A stretch of DNA of 64,000 nucleotides from Chiloscyllium plagiosum (lineage: Eukaryota), in the NCBI RefSeq assembly GCF_004010195.1, contig NC_057718.1, positions 23,404,637 to 23,468,636 on the forward strand, given 5' to 3'. Every line of letters starts with the position of its first letter. Position 1 is the stretch's first letter. This document shows, piece after piece, positions 36,117 to 49,462 of this stretch. Below the pieces are notes generated by a model. It was given only the letters and a program-made list of their open reading frames with translations, was not told the origin of the DNA and made no database searches. Made by a program: the position numbers and the translations under genes.

Positions 36117-37437
36117 AAGGTTTTGGACTCCACTAGCCTGGGTTAATGATTCTTTCATGTTGAAATTTGCCATGTTGGGTTTCACCTGTAAGGTTCTTGA
36201 ACATTCAGTTCTTTAATAATGCTGACTGTTTGCAGGAGAAAGAAACTTGAAGCTGGTCTGTAGATGCTAAAAATAATCTTCAAACCTCCATCTCTGCCAA
36301 CTTGGCAGAGGCAGCTAAACAAAATCTGCCCTGCTACTTCGTGTGTTGCATGTGCGGCTAAACTGGGTTTGTGCCTCACCATGTGGTAGGTTTGCTGTAA
36401 ACATCCTCCTTCATCTCCAGGACCTGCTTTGTCCAGTACGTTGGAGGAAAGTCACTTCCTGATCAAACTGGATGAGGCCCTTGCATCGAACAAGAAGTAC
36501 TTTATTACCTGTTCTGAAGTTGGGTCACTGAACGCAAAACATTAATTCTGCCAGACCGCTTGTATTTTTCCAGCAATTTCTGTTTTTGTTTCTGACTTCC
36601 AGCATCTGCAGACCTTTGGGTTTTTTGGATAGATTTAAAAGAATCCAGTATAATATTTTGTGATTTTCGCAGCTCCAAGGAAAGTGGTGTCATGTATAAT
36701 AACAATCCTGTAACATTTGCATTTTTAACATGGTTTCCTTATAGGTCTGTTAGTCAGGTTTCATCACTTAGTTTCTTTTGCATTGTGCCAGGCTGCCAGT
36801 TGCTCTATGGATTGCACTTTATGTAGTCCGCACATTAATATTTACACTTCTACGACATCCAAATTGCAGGTTGAAGTGTAATTATCCAAAATGTTTGTAT
36901 GGTGAGCAGCTTAGCACCCACCTTCAGCCAAACAGCATTTTCCAAGCAATGCACGACACAGTAGCCAATCCTGACAAAGGGCTTATGCCCGAAACGACGA
37001 TTCTCCTGCTCCTCGGATGCTGCCTGACTGGCTGTGCTTTTCTAGCACTACACTCTTAGACTCTGATCTCCAGCATCTGCACTCCTCACCTTCTGCACTG
37101 TAACTGATCTGCTGAGTTCTGTATTACACCCGCAATTCCTACTGAGCTGGTGAGAGGCGCGATTCCTTAAGTTTTAAAAACATGACAGAGCAACCGAAAT
37201 GAAATGTTTAAATGGAACTTTTATCAAATGCTCCTTAAGGACATTGGGGGTTGGATACTGATGTGTTGTTCCCCACTCATCCGGGGTAGGGCTTTTGAGA
37301 CAGAACAACGTGGAGAATGAATGTTGTCAAAGTAGCCGAGGGTGAAATTGAAGCGAGGCCAGTCAGGCTATAGTCTGGGGGAAGAAAGGCTGAAACTGTA
37401 TATAGTTCACTGGTCAGGTTGTATCCTGATATTATGT

Positions 37438-38445
37438 GTGTTGCTGGAAAAGCGCAGCAGGTCAGGCAGCATCCAAGGAGCAGGAGAATCGACGTTTCGG
37501 GCATGAGCACTTCTTCAGGAATGAGGAAGGTGTGCCAAACAGGATAAGATAAAAGGTAGGGAGGAGGGTCTTGGGGGAGGGGCATTAGGAATGCGACAGG
37601 TGGAAGGAGGTTAAGGTGAGGGTGATAGGCCGGAGTGGGGGTGGGGGCGGAGAGGTCGAGAAGAGGATTGCAGGTCAAGAAGGCGGTGCTGAGTCCTGCA
37701 ATCTTGACCTGCAAGCTTCTTCCTGACCTCTCTGCGCACACCTCCCCCCTTACTTCCCTCCAAGGCCCCAAGGGATCCTTCCATATCCGCCACAAATTCA
37801 CCTGCATCTCCACACACATCATTTACTGCATCCGCTGCACCCGATGTGGCCTCCTCTATATTGGGGAGACAGGCCGCCTATTTGCGGAATGTTTCAGAGA
37901 ACACCTCTGGGACACCCGGACCAACCAACCCAATCACCCCATGGCTCAACACTTCAACTCCCCCTCCCACTCCACCAAGGACATGCAGGTCCTTGGACTC
38001 CTCATTGCCAGACCATAGCAACACGATAGCTGGAGGAAGAGCACCTCATCTTCCGCCTAGGAAACCTCCAACCACAAGGGATGAACTCAGATTTCTCCAG
38101 TTTCCTCATTTCCCCTCCCACCACCTTGTCTCAGTCCCAACCCTCGAACTCAGCACCACCTTCCTAACCTGTAATGTTCTTCCTGACCTCTCCACCCCCA
38201 CCCCCACTCCGGCCTATCACCCTCATCTTTACCTCCTTCCACCTATCGCATTTCCAACGCCCCTCCCCAAAGTCCCTCCTCCCTACCTTTTATCTTATCC
38301 TGCTTGGCACACCTTCCTCATTCCTGAAGAAGGGCTCATGCCTGAAACGTCGATTCTCCCGCTCCTTGGATGCTGCCTGACCTGCTGCGCTTTTCCAGCA
38401 ACACATTTTCAGCTCTGATCTTCAGCATCTGCAGTCCTCACTTTC
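37438..38445 (+). mobile_element. 5'-truncated Penelope element: GIY-YIG endonuclease between inverted pseudo-LTRs
   Basis: HIIYCIRCTRCGLLYIGETGRLFAECFREHL; ~37438-37700 inverted against ~38145-38405; 14-bp TSD tcctgatattatgt (37424-37437 / 38446-38459). Confidence 0.92.
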
Positions 38446-39299
38446 TCCTGATATTATGTCCAGTTCTTGTCACTAATGGAGATGTTCAAATGCTCACGAT
38501 GGGAAGCAGGAATAGGTGCATAGAAGAACAATAAGAGAGATTCCCTTGTGATTGAATAATGAAACAACACTAGAGAAACATAATATATTACAACACTGAA
38601 AGATGGCCAAATGACCTTCTTCATCCATGCATACCTTGAGATTGATCAGTTAATCAACAATGCCTCAGTTATATCGGCTTCTGTCCCATTATTTTTATCC
38701 TTGGCCTTTTTTTTGCATCATTGGCCTTAGCCCTCTCATCTTCTTTTAATTTGAAAATACCCTCAATAAATGTAATTATAATGTTCCCAAATGTATGAGT
38801 AGGTCAAGTGTCACTGCAGAAATAAACTCAGTACATTTTAATTTGCTGCAACAGCACTGAGTTAAAAGCAGACAAATCCTGAATATTTTCATCAAGGAAC
38901 AGTTTGTGTTTTGCCATCCAGATCAGGCTTAAGTGGTATCGTCTAAACTTGACTCAAACTATCTGTCATCAACCAGTTCAGTTAATATTAATATTTAGTC
39001 TACCAATCTTCTGTCAGAAGCACAAAAACTATTGAGAAAGTCAACCATGCATTAGCAACACTCTGAAGTCAGACAACAAAGTTATTAATGAGGAGACAGT
39101 CATTAAAAGGGAATTTCTGGAAGCCCCATTGTATGCTGGGTTGGCTCCACATGGAAGAATGCATGGAAACACCTGAGGTTCAGGGTGACTGGCCCTCACA
39201 AGCTGAGAGGTGGGTGCTAGTGCTGCAATCACTGGGGCTGTCTTGACTGCAACTCAAGATGGAGGTACCCTCTGACGACTTTACAAAGTGCAATTATAA

Positions 39300-40000
39300 A
39301 AGGTGGTCACAGTGGGTCAGGCATATGGTGCGTAGGGAGAAAAGGATTTTCTAAAGAAGAATGAAAAATAGCAATATAAACTGTTGGTACAATTTTACAG
39401 GAGGTGCTGGAACAAAAGGACCTGGGGCATGTACACACAAAGTTTAGAAGGAGGCAGGACAAATTAAGACAGTTTTGTCTAAAAAAAAGTGATGATATTT
39501 TGCCTGTCTGCAAAGGAATACAATACAAAGTAATTAAGTTTTGCTAAAACAACAAACTTATGCTTTATGCCAGACCCTTCAAAATGCTGGCTAGGCTTCA
39601 ACTAATTGTGATCAATTCTGTCACACTGTAATTGGATTGATAAGACATGAGAAATGTTGCAGGAGAGACTTACTGAAGTAGCAACATGGTTAAAAATCAA
39701 GAGTGGTGTTAAAAATCAAGAGTGGTTTTAATCAAGTAAATAAAGGAAAACTTCTTCCAGTGGTTATCCCGTTCAATAATCAGAGGACACAAAGTGAAAA
39801 TTGCTGAAAGAGCCAGAGATAGTGTGAAGAATGTGTACATTTACACATCATTCTGCTGGGGCGTGTTTGCAAGGAAATAGATCCAACAGTGAAAAGAGAA
39901 TTGTAAGGGGAGAAAATTTACAGGGGAATATGATTAATTATATGGCTCTACCAACAAACTAGTAAGGCATGATGGGCTGAATGGCCTCCTTCATAGCTAT
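39300..40000 (+). mobile_element. Old decayed CR1 3' fragment
   Basis: ggaacaaaaggacctgggg, cagaggacacaaa, gatgggctgaatggcctccttc tail. Confidence 0.65.
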
Positions 40001-40842
40001 ATCAATTAACGATTATATGGTAAAATATAAAACGTTTCTCTTTTTTAGGCTTGTTTGTTGCAAAAAAATCAACACATCTACTTTGTAATGTGATTATATG
40101 AAACTTCTTTCTTTTGTTGACAGGCCTTCCATTTAGTAATTATTAATGTTTCATTAACATCCTTGAAGCATTTTCAATACTTGTTTAATTCAGGCTTTGA
40201 CAGGGCCCACTCAGCACATTCTCATGTAAATCAGTCTTCACTGATCCCTGGAAGTGATTTCAAATGTTTTTTTTAAATTGCTGACCTGCTGCGTGATACT
40301 TAGAATCCATATGGTTTGTTTAACTTTAGATGTTTTTCATCACGGAAGTTCTTTTTCAGTCTAATTACAGCGACTTAAATAGTTATATTTATCTTCCACC
40401 AAAAAAAGTTGATTGAAGATTTTTCATGCCTTTTGCATACTTTTCTCAATAATTTGCAATAGTTGCAATGTTTAATTTTTCTTCCCTAACTTAAATAGTG
40501 GAGAAATGGAACCTGTAGGATATTCCAAGGTTAAATGATGGTTATGTATTTGCATAATTACGACCTTGCTCAGTCACTGATCCTTCCTTTCCAAGGACAA
40601 CGGACAGATCATGGACTAGTAATTGTTTTGCCACATGCTGTACAGTATGCAAAATTAAATATTTTTAAAAATTGTATTTATTAGTATGCAGGTAGTAGGC
40701 ACCAGCTATGGATGCACATGTTTCCCTAGAAATAGATGGGTTGAAACTGTGGTTATTAAGGTAGGTGGTCTGTGTTCGTAATATGCAACTCAAAATGAAT
40801 GCTTATAAAAGTGTGCAAAGATTGGCTCTAGTTCATGCTTCA

Positions 40843-40935
40843 AGATTGGAGTGGTGCTGGAAAAGCACAGCAGGTCAGGCAGCATCTGAGGAGCAGGAAA
40901 ATCGACGTTTCAGGCAAAAGCCCTTCATCAGGAAT
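40843..40935 (-). mobile_element. Penelope mini-element with hammerhead core
   Basis: Minus strand CTGATGA-agggc-tttt-gcct-GAAACGTC. Confidence 0.8.
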
Positions 40936-41479
40936 CAATCATCCTTTACAAGGCCTTTTGAATTTAAGAAAGAAGAAACAAGATTATCATTATCTTGTTC
41001 CTTCTCCCATTATTTGTCACCAATCATTCTTCATTCTAAGGTATCTGTCCTGCTGTTATTCTAACAATATTGCTGATGTTCCTCTGAGTTTCTCTTCTTT
41101 CTTCCAAACCAAAAATAGACCATGTGTCCCAAGGAGCTAATTATACATTCAATGATTTTTATCTAAAAATAATAATATGATGATGAAAAATGAAATCTTG
41201 TTAAATTTTCTGAGGCTTTACTAAGACTATACTTGGAGAACTCATCCCTGCATTCAAGGGAGAATATATTTGCTTTGTAGAAGGGTCAGTGACCCTTCAC
41301 TAGATTGGTTCCTGGGATGAGACAGTTGATGAAAGAATGTAAATTGGGCCTGAAATATTTCGTGTTAAGAAGAATGATGGATGATCTCAATGAATCCTAC
41401 AAGATGTTGAGGACAGTTTCAGATAGAACACAGAGGCACAATTTCTAGATAAGAGATCATTTAGGGTTGAGATAGAATA

Positions 41480-42010
41480 TGTCACATGCACACACTCACT
41501 TGGTCTCCCCTGCAAGCGCACACACACATAAATTGTTGGGGTGAATTTGTACTTGCAGAATTACATTTTATTTTGCTCAAAAACTGCATAAATCCATGTA
41601 AGATTCTGTAACTCCCACCTTAGAAACAGAATCAGTCTGACCTAACATCGGGACACAGACAGACTTTAAGTTCACACCTTCAATGCATTATCTGAGCTGA
41701 GATGACACCTATTGTTAAAAGCTATCTTGAGAGTGTAACTTTAAAAAAGTTCTGAGACTTACATATGAAGGAACTGAAACTAACATGATCATTCTAAAAG
41801 ATGAAAGACTTAAGCTAAATTTATTTGATGTTACATTCCATGACAGTGCAATCCTGTTGCTATAAAGTGACATGATTCTGCTTCACAATCACCTGATGAT
41901 GAAGCAGTGCTCCGAAAGCTAGTGCTTCCAAATAACCCTGTTGTACTGTAACCTGGTGTTGTGTGATTTTTAACTTTGTTCACCCGAGTCCAAAACCGGC
42001 ACTTCCAAAT
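41480..42010 (+). mobile_element. Penelope-family 3' region with hammerhead, inserted in CR1 debris
   Basis: cac-CTGATGA-tgaagc-agt-gctcc-GAAA-gc-TA-gtg at 41890-41924; terminus shared with 18720-18920 and ~62520-62640. Confidence 0.7.
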
Positions 42011-43049
42011 TTATCTATGCCATTCACAACCCCCTAGTCAAATATATCTGGTCACCCCATAACTTCCTGCATTCCAATGCAAACAACCCAGTCTATCCAA
42101 ACTTCCTTCATAGCTAAAATCCCCCAACCCAGGCAACATCTTGGTAAACCTTTTCTGTACCCTCTCCAAAGTTTCCACATCATTCTGGTAATATGATGAC
42201 TAGAACTGGATGCAATATTTCAAGTGTGGCCTAACTGAAGTACTGTAAAGCTGCAACGTAACTTGTCTAGCTTTACGCTCAATGCCCCTTCCAATGAAGG
42301 CAATCATGCCATAGACCTTTTTTGCTACCTTATCAACCTGAGCTACCAGATGAGAAGACATTTCCTCAGTCAACTGACTAGGATGCCTTGGAATTCCCTG
42401 CCCTAGAAGATTGTGGATATTCTATAGTTGAGGTTTTTATTAGAGACAGATTTTTGGGGTCAGATATTGGCTGAGCCAGTAATATTTGGGTGGTGGGTTC
42501 TTCTCTGGGTCATAAACTCTCCCTCAACAGGTGAGGTGCTGCTTTGGGTACAGGCAAGGGGTTAATTGGCCAAGTTTAGGAAGCAACAGTTAATCAGTGG
42601 CTGGAAGTGCTGGCAGGAACAGAGATGGAACATTAGGTTCGGGGTTGAATTGACAACCATCATGATGACTGTCATCTGTGCATGCCCTGAAGTGATGAAA
42701 GCATATCTGAATCATCAACTTGGCCACAGAAGGTGGAGAGTTGGAATTTCAGTTAGTGTCGGAAATGTTACTGTTACTAAATGGTGTTGCTGGGTTAGGG
42801 TTTTCTTTTCAAATAAAACTTTCCCTGTGCTGCTGTTCCTGATCATCACAGGCTAGAGCTGTTCAACTTTACCCAGCTTCCCCATCTGCCTGACCCCATG
42901 AAAACCTGGTGAACTTAGTGTCACAGTGTTAAACGCCTGAACCTGCCCAGCACATTATAATGATGTGATTGATAAGGCTGGGGCGGACTCACACCCACAA
43001 TCCTTCCTATTCTTGATGCCACATTGGCGAGGATGCCTACATAAAGTCT

Positions 43050-43635
43050 CTGACAGAAGAAAGGTTTGATATTAATAAAGGTATTCAAGATATTGACAGG
43101 AAAAGACAGAGTAGATAAAGATAAACTACAGTAGTCCCCCACACCCGTGGGGGTTATATTCCATGACCTACCGCGGAAGCCCGAAACCGTGGATAGGAGC
43201 GAACCCATTTATTTAAATGGAAAACATAGATTCCCGGCAGCCCCCGGTCCCCTGGTGCTGGAACATTCCCTATAATATGTTCCGGCTGTTGTAAACCATG
43301 GGTGAGTGAAACTGTGGAAAACAATTCCACGGATACGGTGGTCGCCCTGTACTTCCACTAATTGGGGATTCCAGAACTAGGGGGCGTGGTCTGAGAATAA
43401 GAGTCCGACCATTCAGGAGGAAGCACTTCGATACACCAAGGGTGATAGATATTTGAAACCCATTCCTATAAATGGCAGTGGATGCTGGATCAATTGTTAC
43501 TTTTAAATCTGAGAGAGATAAATTATTGTTAAGCAAGATTTTAAGGGATACAGGAGTTTGGCCACAGATCAACCATTATCTCATTGAATGACAGAACTGG
43601 CTGAATGGACGGAATGGCCTACTCCTGTTCCTATG
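43050..43635 (+). mobile_element. CR1 3' fragment interrupted by a MITE
   Basis: DRVDKDKL|FPL reading is split at a TA; tail ggaatggcctactcctgttcctatgt. Confidence 0.8.
43129..43349. mobile_element. pogo/Tigger-like MITE (MER44/Tigger7-like ends)
   Basis: TA|cagtagtccccc...ggatacggtggtcgccctg|TA; imperfect TIRs, TA duplication, internal gaaaccgtgga repeats. Confidence 0.7.
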
Positions 43636-43961
43636 TCACTAAGTAAACAGTAAAAGTTTTCATATTGTACTTATTAGCTAGTTACATCTCATCTTAGATA
43701 CATTATTGTCACTTATGAGAGAAATAACGCAACTTAAGGGTAAGCACATATTACTGCTATCGAAACATTCTGGCGAAACATCTACAATTCTGGTGCAGCA
43801 TCACAAACTAAACACTGATCAGCCTTCCCTGTTCTACTGATAAGTAAATTTTATTTAAAGGCGTTTGTGGCAATTGTTTAAAAAATGTTATTTCAAGCAC
43901 AGCAAGATCTAAAACTGTAGAATTCACTGTTGCTACACGTGAAGCCGAGAAAGCAGGCAAC

Positions 43962-44480
43962 TTTGGGGATTCCAATAGTCACTGGGGTGATAGTCAGAGG
44001 GTGATATTTGGGGACTCCAATATTCACTGGGGTGATAGTCAGAGGGTGATATTTGGGGACTCCAATAGTCACTGGGGTGATAGTCAGAGGGTGATATTTG
44101 GGGATTCCAATAATCACTGGGGTGATAGTCAGAGGGTGATATTTGGGGATTCCAACAGTCACTGGGGTGATAGTCAGAGGGTGATATTTGGGGACTCCAA
44201 TAGTCACTGGGGTGATAGTCAGAGGGTGATATTTGGGGATTCCAATAGTCACTGAGGTGATAGTCAGAGGGTGATATTTGGGGATTCCAATAGTCACTGG
44301 GATGATAGTCAGAGGGTGATATTTGGGGATTCCAATAGTCACTGGGATGATAGTCAGAGGGTGATATTTAGGGATTCCAATAGTCACTGGGGTGATAGTC
44401 AGAGGGAGTTTTTTGGGGATTCCAATAGTCACTGGGATGATGTTTAGAGGGTGATATTTGGGGACTCCAATAGTCACTGG
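43962..44480. repeat. 45-bp minisatellite, ~11.5 units
   Basis: Unit tttggggattccaatagtcactggggtgatagtcagagggtgata; 15-codon period (TIGIPKYHPLTITPV on minus). Confidence 0.97.
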
Positions 44481-46789
44481 AGGGAAAACTGTTCTTCTGC
44501 TTGTATGTTACAATCTTTGAAGGATAATGGAAATGCTGGAATAGGACAAACCTTTTCTGATCTTTCTACTGTTTTTCCACCAAAACAGCAGCATTCAAGG
44601 TGGGGGAAAAGTACTTCTGTCAACATTTCTCTTCCCAAAAGAAATAGCAAAACACTTAAAAGTTGAGATGAAATAATTAACAATCACCACAGGGGAGTGT
44701 GGTTGGGTTCTCCTCTCGATGTTTGGGTCGCAATCACATTTAGTCACTCTACTATAATGTGTGTTTCTTCAACGTGAATTGGCTTTAATGTAATTGAAGA
44801 ATTTAGACTGTCATTTGCAGAATGTGAACTTTCCTCCCATGTACTGGCTAGAATGCAATTCCGGCTCCATTCAAGTTTTGCACAATTTTCTTATAATGCA
44901 AGATTGCATAAGAACAGAGTGATGGTGTTTTATGAGAATCGACTTGTAATCATAGATTTGCTACAGTCCAGAAGGAAGCCATTTGGCCCATTGCGCCTGA
45001 ATTGGATCTATCACCTAGTGCCAATCTCCTGCCTTTTTCTCATATTCTTGTACAGCATTTCTATCCAAGTAACCATCCTGAATAGCTCAATCAAACCTGC
45101 CTCCAGCATCTTTCCTGGCAGTGTTTTCCATAGCCTAACTCTTTAAGTATTTTTCACAGATTCTCCATGGGAAGAGAGATCTGCCAAGTGTTGTGGCCCT
45201 GCCATAACCCTCCCATTACCAGGGTCTAATTTCCTGGTGGGGCTCTGATGGGGTGTACATGCAAAGTATCACAGTCGGGTACAATGGGCTTCATTGTCAT
45301 GTGTGATCATTTGCTTCTGTGCATGTTCATGACTGGGGAATGGGGGCTGGCGAAATCAATTCAGTGAGGAACCTAGGGAGGTTCACGGGCTGAAAAAGCT
45401 AGAAATGAAACCAAGGTAGGTTCCTGGTAAGAATTAGTAAAGGGAAAGGAGTCCTCAACTAGTTGCTGCAACCTCCATTAATCAGACCCCATAGCTCTCT
45501 GCACCTAGTTGAAGGATATATCCAGCACTTGCCTTATGGATTTTGAGGCCTTGCTAACGTATTCAGGTAAAGTGAGGGGCCAGGGCAAGCACTATTGGAG
45601 GGGAAATTGTTGGAGTGGCAATGTGATGGTGGGTTTCTGCCCAGCATAGCTACATTTTCCATTGCTAACACATCCATTCATGGACATTATAGCATGGGAA
45701 TGCCTAGCTCAATGTACATTGCTAATTTAGCACTTAAACCATCGATATCTTCACCTCTGCCTGCCTCAATGGTTGGAATGCAAAGAAAACCGGCTCTAAC
45801 TTTTATTAAAAGCTCTAAGTTTTGCACCATTTTGCACTGATGGCTGTGTGTTGAGTAAATGTTTGTGCTGTGACAGATTTCATTGCCTCGGAATAAGAAC
45901 AGAGATATGGTGTTAAAGAGAGAAGGTACACAGTCGCTTTGTGCAACATAAAATAGCCATATGTTCCCATCTTTTGCCAATCTGTCCCCTTGACTCGGAA
46001 GAGGAGCCTGGCAAACATGCAACAAATCCATTTTAAGATACCATGCTGTGAAGAGAAGTCTTTTGCAGGAAACTGCCAGAGTTATCTCCGACAGCAGACA
46101 GCTGCTGCTTGCTAATTGCAGTCAAAAGTATGCTCATAATTGTCAGTTTAAGAAAAATTAACGGATGAATGTTGATAAGTGCGGTTCCTCACCCTAAAAA
46201 TGGTGATGAGAAAGAAAGGACTTTACAAAGCTTCTTTTAAAAGGGCAGCCTATATTTCCCTTCCTTTGACCACATTCAAAAGGTACTTCATGGATTGCAG
46301 TGCACAATGAGGTTAGGAGATGTACTGTATAAAATATGAGGAGCACAGTATGTTGTGTCATGGTAGTGTTTTTACTTCTGAGCCAGGAGGCCTGCGTTCA
46401 AATCCCACCTGCTCCAGAGATATGTTGATTAAAAACATCAATAAAACGTGAGGCCTTTCTGTCATGGCAGCTAATTTGTGCCAAGTAAATCTGCAAGTGA
46501 GCATGATCTTTGGGTGGAGATGTTTGTCAGATCACATTAAGATGCTTCACATGGAGAGTCACTGGTGGGACTGCCAAATCCGGCTGGTTATATTCCAGGA
46601 AATCACAGGAAACTGGTGATTTGGCACTTGTCAGTGAAGCTTGAGGAAGGGGAAAGAAAAATACGTGGAAAGGTTAAGGCAAAAAGGGAGTACACAGAGT
46701 TGGGCGGAATGGCCTCTTTCTGAGCTGTCTTCCAATGTAGTGCATGAGATTGATAGCTACAAAGATATTGGGAAAGCCGGTTACCTATT

Positions 46790-47265
46790 TTCATAGAAAC
46801 ACTGAAAATAGGAGCAGGAGCAGTCCATTCGGCCTTTCAAGCCTCGGCCACCATTGAATACAATGAAGGCTGAATGTACAATTCATTACTCTGGTGCTGC
46901 TTTACTTCATACCCTTCGATCCCTTTAGTCCACAGAACATTACTTTATAGCTTCTTGAAAACATACAAAGTTTTCATCTCAACTTCTTGTCGCAGAGAAA
47001 TCCACAGACTCACCACTGTCTGGGTGAAGAAATTCCTCCTCATCTCAATCTGAAATGGCCCACCCCATTTTCTCAGACTGTGACCCTGTGTCTGGATTCC
47101 CTAATCATTGGGAACATCTTTTATCTTTTCTCGTCCTGTTAGAATTTTATAGGATTCTATGAGATCACCCCTTAATTGTTTAAACTCCAGTGGAATATAG
47201 TTCTAACTGATCCAGTCTGTTTTCATATAGCTGCCCTGTTATCCCAGCAATCATTCTGGTCAGTC
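46790..47265 (-). mobile_element. Old CR1 3' fragment
   Basis: 3' UTR ggagcaggagcagtccattcggcc, plus gagatcacccc..aaactccag. Confidence 0.7.
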
Positions 47266-47914
47266 TTGAGTTACATTGGCTGTTCCAGTCAAATGGGAAC
47301 ACTGATCCAGTGTGACACTGAGTGAGAGGGATTGAATTTTTCTAATTTCTGTTGCTGGGTTTGAACAATTCCTTCCCTTCAACTTGGGGAAATAAAGATC
47401 TGCAGTGCACCACATTTTGCCTAGTCACTACCAACTCAATCTGACACTGATTAATAACAGTAATTAATCTCTATGGCAGCAACAGGGCAGTTTCAACAGA
47501 TTGTAACCTCGGCTCGTTATCAGCTCCCTTTCTTTCAGATCTACAGCCCACCTAACTGGAGCACTGACATAATCGTTTGTAGGCCATTTGAGTCGTTATG
47601 TCCTATAGTCTCCATTGACATTGAGTCAGGTTTTTCCACAGTTGGAAGAGTAGGTTCCTTCTTAGAGAAGATCACATGGTACCCGAACACAGTTGGTCCT
47701 AGTCACTGTTGCAAGGCACTGACACATACTCCTAATGCTTTCTTTGATCTCTTGAAGATTGAGGGCCAGTTCTGGGTTCATACCTGGCCATTCTTGGAGA
47801 GTTGGCCTAGCCACTTCAAGAAGTGGTATTACATCTCACATGAAGCAAGACTTGTTCATTTTCTGTGTATTTGTTCCTGTAAATTAAGAAAGTGGATATG
47901 CTGGAAATTCTGGG

Positions 47915-49462
47915 AAGCATCAAGATAGTTAAGTCTCCAGGGACAGAATAGATATATCCAAGGAATGAGATTGCTTTGCCTCTAGCAATGATCTTTGCAT
48001 CCTCACTCTCCATGGGAGTAGTACCAGATGATTGGAAGGAGGCGAACATTGTTCCTCTGTTTAAGAAAGGGAATAGGGAAATCCCTGAGAATTACAGACC
48101 AGTCAGTATTAGGTCTGTGGTGTGCAAGGTACTGGAAAGGATTCTGAGAGCTAGGATTTATGACTATTTGGAAAAACAGCTTGATTAAAGATAGTCAGCA
48201 TGGCTTTGTGAGAGGCAGGTCATGCCTCACAAGCCTTATTGAGTTCTTTGAGGATGTGATGAGACAAGTTGACAAAGGTCGAGCAGTGGACAGGGTGTAA
48301 ATGGATTTCATGGAGGCATTTGAGAAGGTTCCCCAAAGTAGGCTCATTCAGAAAGTTTGGAGGTATGGGATACAGAAAAATTTGGCTGTCTGGATACAAA
48401 ATTGGCTGGTTGAAAGAAGACAGTGAGTGGTAGTGGATGGAAAGTATTCCACCTGGCGGTCGGTGACAAGTGGTGTCCCACAGAGACCTGTTCGTGGGCC
48501 TCTACTCTTTGTTGTTTGTATAAATGACATGGATGAAGAAGTGGAAGAGCAGGTCATTAAGTTTGCCAATGATACAAAGGTCGGTGGTGTTGTAGATGTG
48601 TTGAGGGCTGTTGTTGGCTACAACAAGACATTGACAGGATGCAGAGCTGTGCTTCGAAGTGGCAGATGGAATTCAACATGGATAAATGCTCAGTGATTCA
48701 TTTTGGAAGGTCAAATATGAATGCTGAATATAGGGTTAACGACAGGATTCTTGGCAGTGTGGAGGAACAGCCGGATATTGGGGTCCACATACATACATCC
48801 CTCAAGGTTGCCACCCAAGTTGATAGGGTTGTGAAGGTGGTGTATAGTGTTTTGGCTTTAATTAATGGGGGAATTGAGTTTAAAAGCCGCAAGGTTTTGT
48901 GACTGCTGTATAAAACCCTGGTTAGACCAAACTTGGAAGATTACGTCCAGTTCTGATCGCTTCATTATAGGAAGGATGCAAATGCTTCAGACAGAGTGCA
49001 GAGGAGATTTACCAGGATGCTGCCTGGATTGGAGGGCTTGTCTTATGAAGAGAGGTTGAGTGAGCTCAGGCTTTTCACACTGGAGAGAAGAAGGAAGAAA
49101 GGTAACTTGATAGAAGTGTACAAGGTAATGAGAGGTATAAATAGAATAGATAGCCAGAGACATTTCCTCAGGGCAGAAATGGCTGTCACGAGGGGTCATA
49201 ATTTTAAGATGATTGGATGAAGGTGTAGGGAAGATGTTAGAGGTAGATTCTTTACGCAGACAGTGATGGGTGCATGGAATGCACTGCCAGCGGTGGTAGT
49301 AGAGTCAGAGACATTAAGGACATTTAGCAACTGCTGGACAAGCACATGGATGGCAGTAAATTGATGGGTGTGTAGGTTAGGTTGATCTTAGATTAAGATA
49401 AATGCTCAGCACAATATTGTGAGCTGAAGATCCTGTACTGTGCTGTACTGTTCTATGTTCTA
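47915..49462 (+). mobile_element. CR1 LINE RT to 3' end
   Basis: PDDWKEANIVPLFKKG..ENYRPVS; SGVPQ; KFANDTKVGG; ERRRKKGNLIEVYK; tail tgttctatgttcta. Confidence 0.93.

Noticed and set aside
43893..44477. 194-aa repeat protein as a bona fide CDS
   Set aside because: Explained by a stop-free 45-bp unit; no ATG start or splice support.
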